NCBI RefSeq assembly: GCF_964194155.1
Contig: NC_135891.1
Location: 62,434,001-62,498,000 of the forward strand
DNA length: 64,000 bases
DNA from: Cetorhinus maximus
Lineage: Eukaryota
Reading direction: 5' to 3'
Shown: positions 48,360 to 61,090 of the stretch, one piece after another
How positions within the stretch are numbered: the first letter of the stretch is position 1
Layout: the number at the start of each line of letters is the position of its first letter
Position numbers and translations under genes: made by a program
Notes under the pieces: generated by a model
The model's input: the letters and a program-made list of their open reading frames with translations, nothing else
Database searches by the model: none
What the model was told of the DNA's origin: nothing

Positions 48360-48732
48360 AAAATATAAGATCCTGAGGACAGTTGGCAGGGTGGATGCTG
48401 AAAGGATGTTTCCCCTTGTGGGAGAGATTAGAACTAGGGGACACAGTTTAAAAATAAAGAGTCACTCATTTAAGACAGAGATGAGGACAAATTTTTTCTC
48501 TCAGAGGGTCATGAGTCTTTGGAATTCCCTTCTTCAAAAGACAGTAGAAGCAGAGTCTTTGAATATTTTTAAGGCAGAGCTAGATATATTCTTGGTTAAC
48601 AAGGGGGTGAAAGGTTATCGAGGCAGGAATGTAGAGTTGAGGTTATATTCAGATCAGCAGTGATCTTACTGAAATGTGGAGTAGGCTCAAGGGGCCGAAT
48701 GGCCTACTCATGCTCCTAATTCGTATGTTCAT
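48360..48732 (+). mobile_element. CR1 LINE 3' end
   Basis: RMFPLVGEIRTRGHSLKI...FFSQRVMSLWNSL...FKAELDIFL. Confidence 0.85.
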
Positions 48733-49564
48733 AAATTCTAATACTTCATAGAAAAAACACGTCTTTAATTTCACCTGTAGTAATATTCACCCTCCCTTCC
48801 ACAAATACTAAGACAATGCCTAATCAAGCTCTCAGCCCTGCATACAGACTCTCCCTTCAATATTGCCACATGTTCAGTTTGCTTATCATCTTCAGAGGCC
48901 TGCACCAGTAAAAAATTAAAATTGCAGAGATCCATTTGTGCGTCTCCTAGTTAATACACTGCCAGCATCCAAACACACCAGAAACAATACGCTATAAAAG
49001 CAAAATACCGCGGATGCTGGAAATCTGAAATAAAAACAGAAAATGTGAAAAAACTCAGCAGGCCTGACAGCATCTGTGGAGAGAGAAACAGAGTTAACAT
49101 TTTAAGTCTGTATGACCCTTCTTCACAGCAACATTGTTTTTTCTTAACATTCTCAGGATATAGATATCACTGGTGAAATGACTATTTATTGTCCACCCTA
49201 ATTGCCCATGAGGTGGGCTTTCTTCTTGAGCTGCTGCAGTTTATGTAGGGTAAGCACTCTCACAGCGCTGCTCAGTAGAGATCCAAGATTTTCACTCAGC
49301 CACAATGCCAAATGGTTTCCATTAAGAAAATCTTGGCACCTATGTTTAGCTACAAATCAATGTAAAATTGCAGTTTATACATTCTTGTTAACTTGAACTG
49401 ATCTCTGCTCCATCTCACTGCTGGTTGCAAATCAGCATTTGTTTCTATAATTTCACCTCCCAATTTTTTATCACCAGGATATACTAATACATTCTGCATA
49501 GTGTTGTTCTCATTCTCTTTAAAACATCATATCCTCTGACTCACCATGAGTAATGTTACAGAAC

Positions 49565-49990
49565 ATCTTCTTAAGCAGTTCTTCAGAATCGTGGATGACT
49601 TTCTTCCATTCCAGTTCAATGGGTTCTGGTAAGTCCAATGTGTGATCTGCAGACTCTGCCACTTGTGGGGCAGCTGGTGCTTGAAGTGTTGGGTAGTTGG
49701 GTCGTTTGGAAGTTTGTGCGCTCCTTCCAATGCCTCAACTTCGCCTCTTCACGTTTCTGAAGTTCAGGTGCCTTCCTGGATAAGCCTTCTCCATTTTGGT
49801 CGATCATAAGCCAGGGTTTCTCATGAATCGATGAGTATGTTTGACCTCTTCAGGGATGCTTTGAGGACATCCCTAAAGCGTTTCCACAGTCCTCCTGGGA
49901 GTCTCCTGCCATGACCAAGTCCTGAGTAAAGCAGTTACTTTGGGAGCCTGGTGTCAGGTATACAAATGACATGTCCTGTTTAATGGAGCT
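49565..49990 (-). mobile_element. RTE-like LINE 3' fragment
   Basis: Paralogous to 42440-42990; terminal CPTSGRVCRSHIGL zinc-knuckle-like end. Confidence 0.75.
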
Positions 49991-50839
49991 ACAGAACATC
50001 CAGCAGTATTGTACACCAATCTATTTTAAAGTGGCATAACATTCCGTAACATGAATATACATATGAACAAAATCTCACATATGGGACACACCCTTTTGTC
50101 CACAAACCTTTACTTCATCTTATCATGATTTTTGATCACACTTTTGTGTTAACATTTGCCAGGCTTACTTGAGGGGTAGTATGGCCTACTCCTGCTCCCA
50201 CTTCTTGTTGTAAATTACTATACTAACATTTTCTATTCAGTTATTTGTGGCTAATTATCATCACCTGAACAGCCAGTGGAAGTAGAATACAGTTTGACAG
50301 AGAGAAAGATATAAATAGATAGAAAGGTTTATGAAGGGGCTAAAGTACCAGTTTAAGGTCTGATTTCAGTAAAGATATATATCAAAACTTCGGGCATTAA
50401 AAAAGTTGCAGTAAAAAAACTGAAGTAAAAACAGAAAATGCTGCAAATACTCAGCAGGTCAGGCAGCATCTGTGGAGAGGGATAAACGGAGTTAACATTT
50501 CAGGTTGTAACCTTTTATCAGAGTTCAATGCAGTAAAAAAACTGTTTACTCGGATATAATTAGGAGAAAACTGTGATATTGTGCGATTTACAAGTCAGGC
50601 GTGGCATTTTTGAATCTTGGAAATCAAATCGGATTTACAGACCGCAAGTTATCACAATCCAGTTCTACTCACAGTTTTGTGGGGAAATATTTCCTTTCAG
50701 GGTCTGAAAAATCCCATTTCTTCCTTTATCTGCTGCAATTTACTGGATGCATATAATGAGCGTAAATTCCAGGGGGATTTTTTACTTCAGGAATTGGTGG
50801 CTGGAAAAATCCCTACATTCCTGCAATTGAGCAGTGACT

Positions 50840-51060
50840 CCGGCTGCGGCCGGGACTCGAGCGTGCAACTACAACTCCCACAGTACACAGCGCTCCGTCC
50901 GCAGGAAAGCGCCTGGCTGTGAAAGCAGCCGGGAGTTGTAGTCCAAAGCCAAACCGAGCGCCCTTCAGCGGAGCGACAGGGAACTACAGCTCCCAGAATG
51001 CGCGGCGGGCGGCAGCACATGCGCGTTGGCCATCTCTAACTTGAAACGGCCGCCATCTTT
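50840..51060. promoter_or_regulatory. CpG-island promoter with three ZNF143/SBS motifs, an NRF1-like motif and a YY1 motif
   Basis: ACTACAACTCCCA 50868-50880; reverse copy GGGAGTTGTAGT 50931-50942; ACTACAGCTCCCAGAATGC 50983-51001; GCACATGCGC near 51015-51024; CCGCCATCTT near 51050-51059. Confidence 0.85.
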
Positions 51061-51112
51061 CGGCTAGAGGGGATAGTAGGGAGATTGTTGTCGGTTTGCG
51101 CTTTGGGTTATG
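51040..51112 (+). other. Probable first exon of a divergent housekeeping-type gene (NCOA5 candidate by synteny only)
   Basis: Follows the promoter motifs and ends ...ATG|gtgagt, a strong donor at 51113. The 5' boundary is approximate and no downstream coding exon was identified. Confidence 0.55.
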
Positions 51113-51319
51113 GTGAGTATCGGGGGTGCTGACAGCAGCCCCAAGCGGTGGTCGATCATCTTGTAATCCTTTAGGATGTGGCCCAAGCGCGGTAGGGGCT
51201 GAAGTACACTCCAAAAGGGTATTTCATGATTGTGTACCAAGGGTTTGGAGTGAGGAGGAGCTGTCACCCCACCGTCCCCATTCTCCTCAGTGACAGGTGC
51301 ACCGACGGCGCTCAGCTGC

Positions 51320-53900
51320 GGGGGAGAGAGGGGGAGGGGAGGGGTCGGGGGAGAGAGGGGGAGGGGAGGGGTCGGGGGAGAGAGGGGGAGGGGAGGGGTC
51401 GGGGGAGAGAGGGGGAGGGGAGGGGTCGGGGGAGAGAGGGGGAGGGGTCGGGTGGGGGGGAGAGAGGGGGAGGGGTCGGGTGGGGGGGAGAGGGGGAGGG
51501 GTCGGGTGGGGGAGAGAGGGGGAGGGGAGGGGTGGGGGGGAGAGAGGGGGAGGGGAGGGGTGGGGGGGAGAGAGGGGGAGGGGAGGGGTGGGGGGGAGAG
51601 AGGGGGAGGGGAGGGGTGGGGGGGAGAGAGGGGAGGGGTGGNNNNNNNNNNNNNNNNNNNNNNNNNNNNNNNNNNNNNNNNNNNNNNNNNNNNNNNNNNN
51701 NNNNNNNNNNNNNNNNNNNNNNNNNNNNNNNNNNNNNNNNNNNNNNNNNNNNNNNNNNNNNNNNNNNNNNGAGAGGGGGGGGAGAGAGGGGGGTGGGGGA
51801 GGGGAGGGGTGGGGGAGAGAGGGGGGGGAGAGAGGGGGGTGGGGGAGGGGAGGGGTGGGGGAGAGAGGGGGGGGGAGAGAGGGGGGAGGGGTGGGGGAGA
51901 GAGGGGGGAGGGGTGGGGGAGAGAGGGGGGGGAGAGAGGGGGGAGGGGTGGGGGAGAGAGGGGGGAGGGGTGGGGGAGAGAGGGGGGAGGGGAGGGGTGG
52001 GGGAGAGAGGGGGAGGGAGAGAGGGGCAGGGTGGGGGGGAGGAGGGCAGGGTGGGGGGGAGGAGGGGAGGGAGAGAGGGGGAGGGGTGGGGGAGAGAGGG
52101 GGGAGGGGTGGGGGAGAGAGGGGGGAGGGGGAGGGGTGGGGGAGAGAGGGGGAGGGAGAGAGGGGCAGGGTGGGGGGGAGGGAGNNNNNNNNNNNNNNNN
52201 NNNNNNNNNNNNNNNNNNNNNNNNNNNNNNNNNNNNNNNNNNNNNNNNNNNNNNNNNNNNNNNNNNNNNNNNNNNNNNNNNNNNNNNNNNNNNNNNNNNN
52301 NNNNNNNNNNNNNNNNNNNNNNNNNNNNNNNNNNNNNNNNNNNNNNNNNNNNNNNNNNNNNNNNNNNNGAGGGGAGGGGGAGAGGTGGAGGGAGAGGGGG
52401 AGGGAGGGAGAGGGGGAGGGGGGGAGAGGGGGAGGGGGGAGGGAGGGAGGGGGGGAGGGAGGGAGAGGGAGGAGGTGAGNNNNNNNNNNNNNNNNNNNNN
52501 NNNNNNNNNNNNNNNNNNNNNNNNNNNNNNNNNNNNNNNNNNNNNNNNNNNNNNNNNNNNNNNNNNNNNNNNNNNNNNNNNNNNNNNNNNNNNNNNNNNN
52601 NNNNNNNNNNNNNNNNNNNNNNNNNNNNNNNNNNNNNNNNNNNNNNNNNNNNNNNNNNNNNNNGGGGCGGTGGGCGGGGGGGTGGGGGGGAGGGGAGGGG
52701 GCCGNNNNNNNNNNNNNNNNNNNNNNNNNNNNNNNNNNNNNNNNNNNNNNNNNNNNNNNNNNNNNNNNNNNNNNNNNNNNNNNNNNNNNNNNNNNNNNNN
52801 NNNNNNNNNNNNNNNNNNNNNNNNNNNNNNNNNNNNNNNNNNNNNNNNNNNNNNNNNNNNNNNNNNNNNNNNNNNNNNNNNNNNNNNNNNNNNNNNNNNN
52901 NNNNGGGAGAGCGAGAGGGGGATGGGAGGAGGGGGAGAGAGAGAGGGGGATGGGGAGGAGGGGGAGAGAGAGAGGGGGATGGGGAGNNNNNNNNNNNNNN
53001 NNNNNNNNNNNNNNNNNNNNNNNNNNNNNNNNNNNNNNNNNNNNNNNNNNNNNNNNNNNNNNNNNNNNNNNNNNNNNNNNNNNNNNNNNNNNNNNNNNNN
53101 NNNNNNNNNNNNNNNNNNNNNNNNNGGGAGGAGGGGGGAGAGAGAGGGGGATGGGGAGGAGGGGGGAGAGAGAGGGGGATGGGGAGGAGGGGGAGAGAGA
53201 GGGGGGGATGGGGAGGAGGGGGAGAGAGAGGGGGATGGGGAGGAGGGGGAGAGAGAGAGAGGGATGGGGAGGAGGGGGGAGAGAGAGCGGTAGGGGGAGA
53301 GAGCGGTAGGGGGAGAGAGGGGGAGGAGGGGGAGAGAGAGGGGAATGGGGAGGAGGGAGAGAGGGGGCGTGGGGAAGGGGGAGAGAGAGGGGGAATGGGG
53401 AGGAGAGAGAGGGAGATGGGAGTGAGAGGGGGGTGGGGTGGAGAGGGGAGTGGGAGGGGGGGATGGGGGCAATGAGAGGGTGTGGGGTGGAGAGGGGAGA
53501 GAGAGGGGGTGTGTGGGGAGGGGAGAGAGAGGGGGTGTGTGGGGAGGGGAGAGAGAGGGGGTGGGTGGGGAGGGTAGAGAGAGGTGGTGGGTAGGGAGGG
53601 GAGAGAGAGGGATGGGGTGGGGAGGGGAGAGAGAGGAGGGAGGTGAGAGATGGGGATGGGGAGAGTGGTGGGGGTGGGAGGAGTGTGTGGTGGGGAGGCA
53701 AGGGAGAGAGGTGTTGGGGAGCGTGAGGGGGGAGAGAGTGGGATGTGGGGAGGGGAGAGAAGGGGTTGGGGAGGGGATAAAGAGAGGTGGGGAGGGTGTG
53801 GGGGAGAGTGGTGGAGAGGGGAGTGAACAGGGGAGGGGGTGAGGAGCGGAGATGGGGTGTGGTGGGGGAGGATGGGATGGGGTCTGGAGCTGAGGGGGCA
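51320..53900. repeat. G/A-rich low-complexity tandem repeat with five N gaps
   Basis: ggggagagagggggaggggagggg-type units; N runs at 51642-51770, 52185-52368, 52480-52663, 52705-52904 and 52987-53125. Confidence 0.95.
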
Positions 53901-56900
53901 GGGAGTGGGGTTTGGGAGAGAGAGGAAGGGCCTGTGGGATGGGGAGAATGGGTGGGGGAGTATGGGGTGTTCCTCACATGGGATGGGGTTGTCCCTCACC
54001 TGGGCTGAGGGGGTCTAAGGGAAGGCGTCTCACCTCGGGGGAGAAGATGGGAGGGGCTTCGTCTTGGGAGGTTGGCGGTGGGGGGGAACCTCTCACCTTG
54101 GGAGGGTGGGGGGACAGCCTCTCTTGGGGAGGGTGGTTGTGGTGCACTCATCTGGGAAGCATGGGGGCCTCACCTGGGGAAAGGGGCTCTGCGGGCCACC
54201 TGGGGTGAGGGCGGCTGGGGTGGGGATGGGGGGTGCCTCACCTGGACCGGGGTAAACATGGTGGGGGGTGGGGGCAGGCCTTTTCTGTGCCGGGAGGTCG
54301 GTGGAGGTGATGGTGGGAGTGGTTGAGGTGGACTGGGGGCAGGGTGAGGAGGAAGAGCGAGGGGGAGGGGGGTTTCCAACTGAATTTGCTGTAGATTCAG
54401 GCACAGTACAATGGATCCCCAGATCCATTGGTATGTGTGTACTTCAAATTTTTCCTTCATGCCTCATTCTTTTATATGTGTGTATCTTAATAGGTGACTT
54501 TCCCTTTTTGGATTCTTCCTTGATAATTAGCTAATGATCTAACTTTCTGCAGCAAAGAGGGTGGCTGACAATGCAGATGTTATGCTATGTGCAATAAAAA
54601 AAGCTGCAAAATGCCAAAAACCTGCATATTCTAACTTAAAAATGTGTACTTTACAAGATAATCTGAAAATTGCTGAGAAGTTGACCGTGTGCGTGTAATA
54701 CTGTATGATATAGGGTACCTGTGAGTGCGTCGAACTGCAAACATCAAGTTCCAAGCCTTTAACTTCCCAAACATCTGTCATTCTGCATAAGTGTTATGTT
54801 GTTTCATATCTGAAAAGAATACGAAGTGTAGGCTCATGGGATTCTGCAGTGTCTGCTGAATGTGGTTTATGTGATCATAGGACTCCTTGAATATCTCAAC
54901 CTTTCTGAAGATTAGAATTTTGATTCTTGGAAGAGCATTAGGTGGATTGTTCTAGTTTGATTGACAGTTTAGTTACTTAGTAAATTATGTTAAATTGCTC
55001 CTATGAAGTCAGTATATCTGAATTTTCCAAATATACACTAGTTGGGTATATTTAGCCATGAGTACACCAGTGGCAAAATTCCCTGAAATAAGGTAAACTT
55101 GCTTTAATAGCAAGTTTACATTTTCTCGTGTCCTTAAACTGACGGGTGCATTGTGGAAGAAATTATTTTTCCTGCATCTGTGTCTCAGACCAAGGCTGTG
55201 TTGTGACTTCATTCTGCAGGGAAAGCTCTTCTTAAAAATGTCTTGAGTACTAATGTGCTTCTAACCCAGGTGCTTCCATCTTTGTTTAGAGCAGTTAGTG
55301 AGAGACATGATAATAAGCAGCTGCAGCCATCACTGCAAATTGTTGCCTAGAAAAACAGGGGATAGCTAATGCTTGCCAGAGATTAGCAGCCTTTGACTAT
55401 CAAAAGCCTTGTGGATATATTAAATGCCTTTGGCAGGGTGGCAAAATGCTCATCTATTTGTGTTTTTTCTTAAATTCTAAGGAGTAGAATTATATTATTG
55501 GCAATTCTACAGGCCATCATGCCAATTCATGCGTTGCACAGCAGCTTTATCGTTCTTTTCAACATGACAATCTTGAGTTCAAGTCCAGATAAGACTGATG
55601 AGAAACTCTCCTGTCTGTTGGCATTGAGGAACATAGCAATGGGTTACAGCAATCTCAAACCAGTTCTTATATAGACTGCTAAAATATCCCTGATTCGCCA
55701 CTAAATTAGCAATGAATTACAGTATCATTGGAGGTGTCATGGATAGTTCATTCAAGAAGTGGCAAATGTATCATTTTTTAAATAGGTTGGCATGGTGGCA
55801 CATTTAGTCGAGTATAGGAAACATTACCTCAACTGAGACGACTGTAATTTATTTAGGAGTGATTGATGTTGGCCGAGAGTCAGGAATGTTCCATTATCAG
55901 CACTAAAATCATTATCTCAATTTAACGAGAAGGGTGCTGAAGGGATAGCTCTCAGATTAGAATTCTCTTTTCCATTTCTGGCCTCGTGCATCCCTTGCCA
56001 TTTCCTTCGACCCACCATTGGCTGTGGGCCCTAACCTAGGCTCTCAATTCTTGAATTCCTTTTCTAAACCTCTCTGTCTACCACCTCACTCTCTCCCTTT
56101 AAGACACATTAAAACCTACCTCTTCTACCAAGTTTTTGATGCTCTGTGCCAATGTCACCTCCTGCGGCTCACGTCAATTTTTGTCTGATTGTGCTCCTGT
56201 GAAGCACTTTGGGGTGTCTTAGTATATTAAAGGTGCTATATATATGTAAATTGTTGTAAATGGAACAATACGTTTAGATTTTAATTTAGCTAAGAAGGCA
56301 CTGAATTAGGATTAATGGGAGTCTTTCAACGATTAAATGTATTTATAATTTTTCAGGATATGATTATATCCTGAAAACAAAATGAGTTACTAATGTCAAT
56401 AAGTAACCCTGCTGAATTTTTTCATTCCTTCCTTTTTTTGGCAGGATGGTGGTGATTGGGGAGGGGTGGGGGGAAGGTGGTAGTTTGTAGGGAAACAAAA
56501 TCAACAGTTAGACCTGTGATACACCAGAATTTATGACCAAAACTTACAGGAAAAATTACTGGGAGTTTTTCTTGTAAATTGAAAGCTGAAAGAATAGAGT
56601 ACTAGAAATTCCACTGAAGAGTACAAGGAAGGAAGTCTCCAGGGCATTCCCCATTTCTGCTGGCTTTGACGTCCTGAATTAATTTACTGTCATTATCTAG
56701 GCTATGAAGGAAGTCCTTTGAAGTATGAAATGAAAATTAATTCTTGATCAGCACTGAACAGTGAACTTATCTTGGCCAATTCTCTCCCAAGCACTGAGAG
56801 CTTAGAGACCATTTTCTGGGAAGGGAATTACAGCCATGCTGGATCTTGACCACCACTATTTGACTGAGGGGCACACAACCATATTTGATTTTGTCCTTCA

Positions 56901-56981
56901 CTTTTTGGTGAGGTGCTGTGCAGCCATACCTGATCCTGCTCTCTTGCCTTCTGCCCCCATAACTGCATTTCTAATGCATGC

Positions 56982-57950
56982 AAAAGCAAAATCCTCCAGT
57001 TGCTAGAAATCAAATAAAAACTGGAAATATTCAACACATCTGGCAGCATCTCCAGGGAGAGAAAGAGTTAATGTTTCAGGTCTGTGACCTTTCGCCAGAG
57101 CTGGGAAAAGCTAGAAATGTACTGGGTTTTGAGCAAATGAAAGGGAGAAAGTGGGAAGAACAACAAAGAGAAGTCCTGTGATAGGGTGGAGAGATTAAAT
57201 GACTAAAGATTTAATGTTTCAAGGCCAAAGGGAGTGATAATGAAACAAGTAAGGAAGCAAAGATGTGTCTAAAGAATGTGTGATTGTTAGGATCCTGATT
57301 AACTGCTGTCTGGAAGTAAAGGAAATGAGAGAAACAATAGAGAAAAAAATTAGCAGAGAAAAATGGAACAAAGTGGGGACAAAGGTTGTGATTTAAAATT
57401 TTGAACTCTATGTTGAGACTCCTAGGCTGTGAAGTACTCAGTCAAAAGAGAGGTGCTGTTCCTCAAGCTTGCTTTGAGCTTCTTTGGAACACTGCAGGAA
57501 ACCAAGGACAGAGAGATTAGAGTGGGAGCAATGTGGAGGATTAAAAGGACAGGTGACTGGAAGTCTGGGGTCATGCTCAAGGACTGAATAGAGGTGTTCT
57601 GCAAGGTGGTCACCCAGTCTGTGTTTGGTGCCTTAATGTAGAGGGGACTGCATTGTGAGTAGCAAATACAGCAGACTAAATTGAAAGAAGTACAAGTAAA
57701 TCGGTGCTTCACGTGGAAGGATTTTTGGGGCCTTGGACATTGAGAAGGGAGGGTTTAAAAGGGCAGATGTTCAGCTACTGCACTTGCATGAAAAGGTGCT
57801 GTAGGAAAGGGGGGTGGTTTTGGTGGTGACTGAGGAATGGACTAGGGTAATGCAGTAGGAATGGACTCTTTTGGAATACTGAAAGGTGAGGGAAGTTGTG
57901 TTTGGTGATGGCATCATGCTGGAGATGGTAGAAATGGCAGAGGATGCTCT
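56982..57950 (-). mobile_element. Penelope-like retroelement 3' fragment (GIY-YIG endonuclease remnant plus terminal repeat)
   Basis: HRFTCTSFNLVCCICYSQCSPLYI resembles the Penelope FTCxSxNLVYCIxCxxCxxLYIG signature; the terminal repeat holds a decayed hammerhead motif near 57065-57100. Confidence 0.8.
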
Positions 57951-60119
57951 AATGCGTGAGTCATTACAGCATAGGAGGCCATTTGGCCCATCAAAACTAT
58001 GCTGACTGTCTCTAGAGCAGTCCAGTCAGTGCCATTCCTCCTGCTCTATCCCTGTGGCCCTGTAAGTTTATTTCCCTCCAGTGTCCATCCAATTTTCTTT
58101 TGAAATCATTCTTCATCTCAGCTTCATTTACTCTTGTAGGCAGCGAGTTGCAGGTCATTACCACTCAAGGTGTGAAAAAAAGTTCCTCATATTTCCCCTG
58201 CATCTCTTGCCCAAAACCTTAAACCTGTGTCCCCTAGTCCTTGTGTCATGAGTGTGACTGAAGAGCGATCCAGAGTGATGGCCCTGTACCAGAGTTTCTG
58301 AAGCAGATTGTAGCACCCTTATTGTCATCCAACTGATGTTTTGTACCTTGCAATAAAACAGGAATAGAATGAGACTCTTGTGGCCTGTATGACTTATACA
58401 ACAGTGTTGGTTCTTGTTCTGAGTAGCCTATTATGTGATGAACTACTACTCAAGATGTTTGATAGTATGCATCTTTTTTTAGATATAGCATTCCTTTTCT
58501 TTAGGAATTGCTTTCATGTGGCTCTGTAAGACAGTGCTTAACAATGGGTTAATAACATGAATGAACCAGCATTCCATATGCTCATTTTTCGAGTGAGTCT
58601 TAAGCATTGAGTATCATCAGGCTATTTTATCTGGAAAATCAAATGGCATGTGCGCGTGCAATTTCCAGTGAAGTCACTGGATGGCAAACAAGAATAGGGG
58701 CATTAGCTGATTATTTCATCTCCTTTGTGAACACCAATTTAGTCTGACTATCTTTATAGCCAGGTAAATGCTAATGTGCTACAGGCTGGAAATCAAACCT
58801 GAAACCTTCCTAATGTGATATGGATTGCTTAGTTGCATGCTACCTGTATCAACTGAGCTAATGGGAGCCAAGCATCTGTCTGTCTAACTTGGCCTTTTTA
58901 AAATAAAATCTATGGTATCTTGCTCATTCTTTGAAAGAAATTTAGCCTCCTTGTAAATATAAAAATTGTTTTTATTGATCCCTGGAGGAAGCAACTAAAA
59001 AATACCATGACTTTTAAGACATTTGACAGTTGAATGAATCTCACTCTGTTGTATCATTCTGAGCAATGCCCTTGACCAGAGGAAGCAACATTACAACTCA
59101 ATAAACAAAAGCACTAGAGCACTAAATTATAAAGCAGCTTCAATCCATGCAATGTCTGTGGAAAAGATAAGATGTCAGCAGATAAGGGCCTTTGTATGTG
59201 ATGGGTTGAATTTCTTTTAATGGTCAAAGCTACAGTAGGGACAGTAACCTTTTTCCCTCATTTGTTCACCCTCTACAAAATTATACCAACACAGTGCAGA
59301 ACGAAGGAGGAAAAAAAATGACTTGGAGAAAAGAAATTGCAGGAATATGGAGAACGAGCAAGGGAGTGGGACGAACACTGTTCCAAAGTCTACCATAGAC
59401 TCAATAGGCTGAATGGTCTCCTTCGGGAGCACAGATCAATTCTTCCTGCAGGATTTTCCTTCCTGCAGGATTTTCCTTCCTGCTGAAATCCAGAATTTCT
59501 GTAATGCGTTCCCACAATGTAAAACTCTGTGCTGGAACCAGTACATTTATATAGCACCTTTTTAATGTAGAGAAAATGTCTGAAGGTACTTCAGAGGCAT
59601 ACTTTATAAAAAGAAAATGGATGGTGAACTTGATTCTACCCACAACTGGATTATACAACACTGAATATTGCCCAGTCATTGATTGAAATCTTGCTGACAT
59701 TTTATTCAGTAAATTTGCTGTACTATGTTGCTGGATGCCACAGTTCAGGCTCGAATGGTACCTCTTTCTCTTTCAGTAGTCATGTAGCAGTTTTGTGAGC
59801 TGATCTTGTTACCCCTGTACAGAAAGGGTGTGCTTTGCAAGCTTAACCTTGAAAGGTTAATGCAGTTCAGCTCGAATAATTAATCCAATTATGGTAAATT
59901 ATTTACTGACATTTATAAAGAACTTCACTATCTTTTGAGAAAGATGGAATCTCACTCAAGAACAGAGCTCTGAATGTAAGCCTACACTTGCAGTATAGAC
60001 GCTAAAATATCGACGGACTTTGCTCACACAGCTGTCCCTCTGTAGAAATGACTGCCCACAGATGTGGCGATTTTAATCAGAATACAGCCTGGAGCAGTAA
60101 CAGTGACCTTTCTCAGCAG

Positions 60120-60265
60120 ATAAAAGCAAAATACTGCGGATGCTGGAAATCTGAAACAAAAATAAAAATAGCTGGAAAAACTCAGCAGGTCTGACAGCAT
60201 CTGCGGAGAGGAATACAGTTAACGTTTCGAGTCCGTATGACTCTTCATCAGAACCAAGGAAAAAT
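60120..60265 (-). mobile_element. Penelope-like terminal-repeat fragment
   Basis: Same sequence as the fold-back arms; further copies at about 10520-10670, 28180-28300, 33675-33812, 48995-49130 and 50425-50525. Confidence 0.75.
60217..60255 (-). ncRNA. Minimal type I hammerhead ribozyme motif (intact core)
   Basis: Minus strand reads GGTT-CTGATGA-A-GAGTC-ATACG-GACTC-GAAACGTT-AACT: stem I GGUU/AACU, CUGAUGA, stem II, GAAA, palindromic ACGU stem III. Confidence 0.7.
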
Positions 60266-60334
60266 ATCTCAGTAGCTTGTGTACACAGCAGTGCTTAGAG
60301 CAATTTATCCAATTCATTTGCAGCCATTCTTTTT

Positions 60335-61090
60335 TAAATTATTTTTACAGGACCTGGGCGTCGCTGGCTAGGCCAGCATTTATTGCCCATTCCTAATTGC
60401 CCTTGAATTATGTCTGGAGATCACTAAAGTGTTCAGTAGCTGTGATGGATATTGCCACCCAAAATAAAAACCCAGGTCCAAATCATAATAAAACTCCCTA
60501 GTTGCCCTTGAGAAGGTGGTGGTGAGCTGCCTTCTTGAACCACTGCAATCCATGTGGTGTAGGTACACCCACAGTGCCGTTAGGAAGTGAGTTCCAGGAT
60601 TTTCTTTCAGCGACAGTGAAGGAATGGCAAAAATATTTCCAAGCCAGGATTGCGTGTGACTTGGAGGGGAACTTGCAGATGATGGTGTTCCCATGTATCT
60701 GCTGTCCCCTTGTCCTAGATGGTAGAGGCCATGGTTTTGGAAGGTGCTGTCAAAGAAGCCTTGGTGAGTTGCTGCAGTGCATCTTGTAAATGGTGTACGC
60801 TGCTGCCACTGTGCATTGGTGGTGGAGGGAGTGAATATTTAAGGTGGTGGATGGGTGTCAATCAAGCGGGCTGCTTTGTCCTGGACAGTGTCAAGCTTCT
60901 TGAGTGTTGGAGCTGCACTCATCCAGGCAGGTGGAGAGTATGCCATCACACTCCTGACTGTGCCTTGTAGATGGTGGACAGGCTTTGGGGAGTCAGGAGG
61001 TGAGTTACTCACCACAGGATTCCTGGCCCCTGACCTCCTCTTGTAGCCACAGTATTTATGTGGCTGGTCCAGTTCAGTTTCTTGTCAATT
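60335..61090 (-). mobile_element. Non-LTR LINE 3' fragment sharing its tail with the tRNA-SINE family
   Basis: Minus-strand ...RFKKAAHHHLLKGN-type end and gggcaattaggaatgggcaataaatgctggcc tail; remnants also near 39360-39480 and 49150-49280. Confidence 0.7.

Noticed and set aside
51064-53999. Very long ORFs (667-896 aa) rich in Pro or Gly/Glu/Arg
   Set aside because: They result from G/A low-complexity sequence lacking stop codons and read through N gaps.
54530-54820. Possible intronic C/D-box snoRNA
   Set aside because: No canonical RTGATGA C box with a terminal stem.
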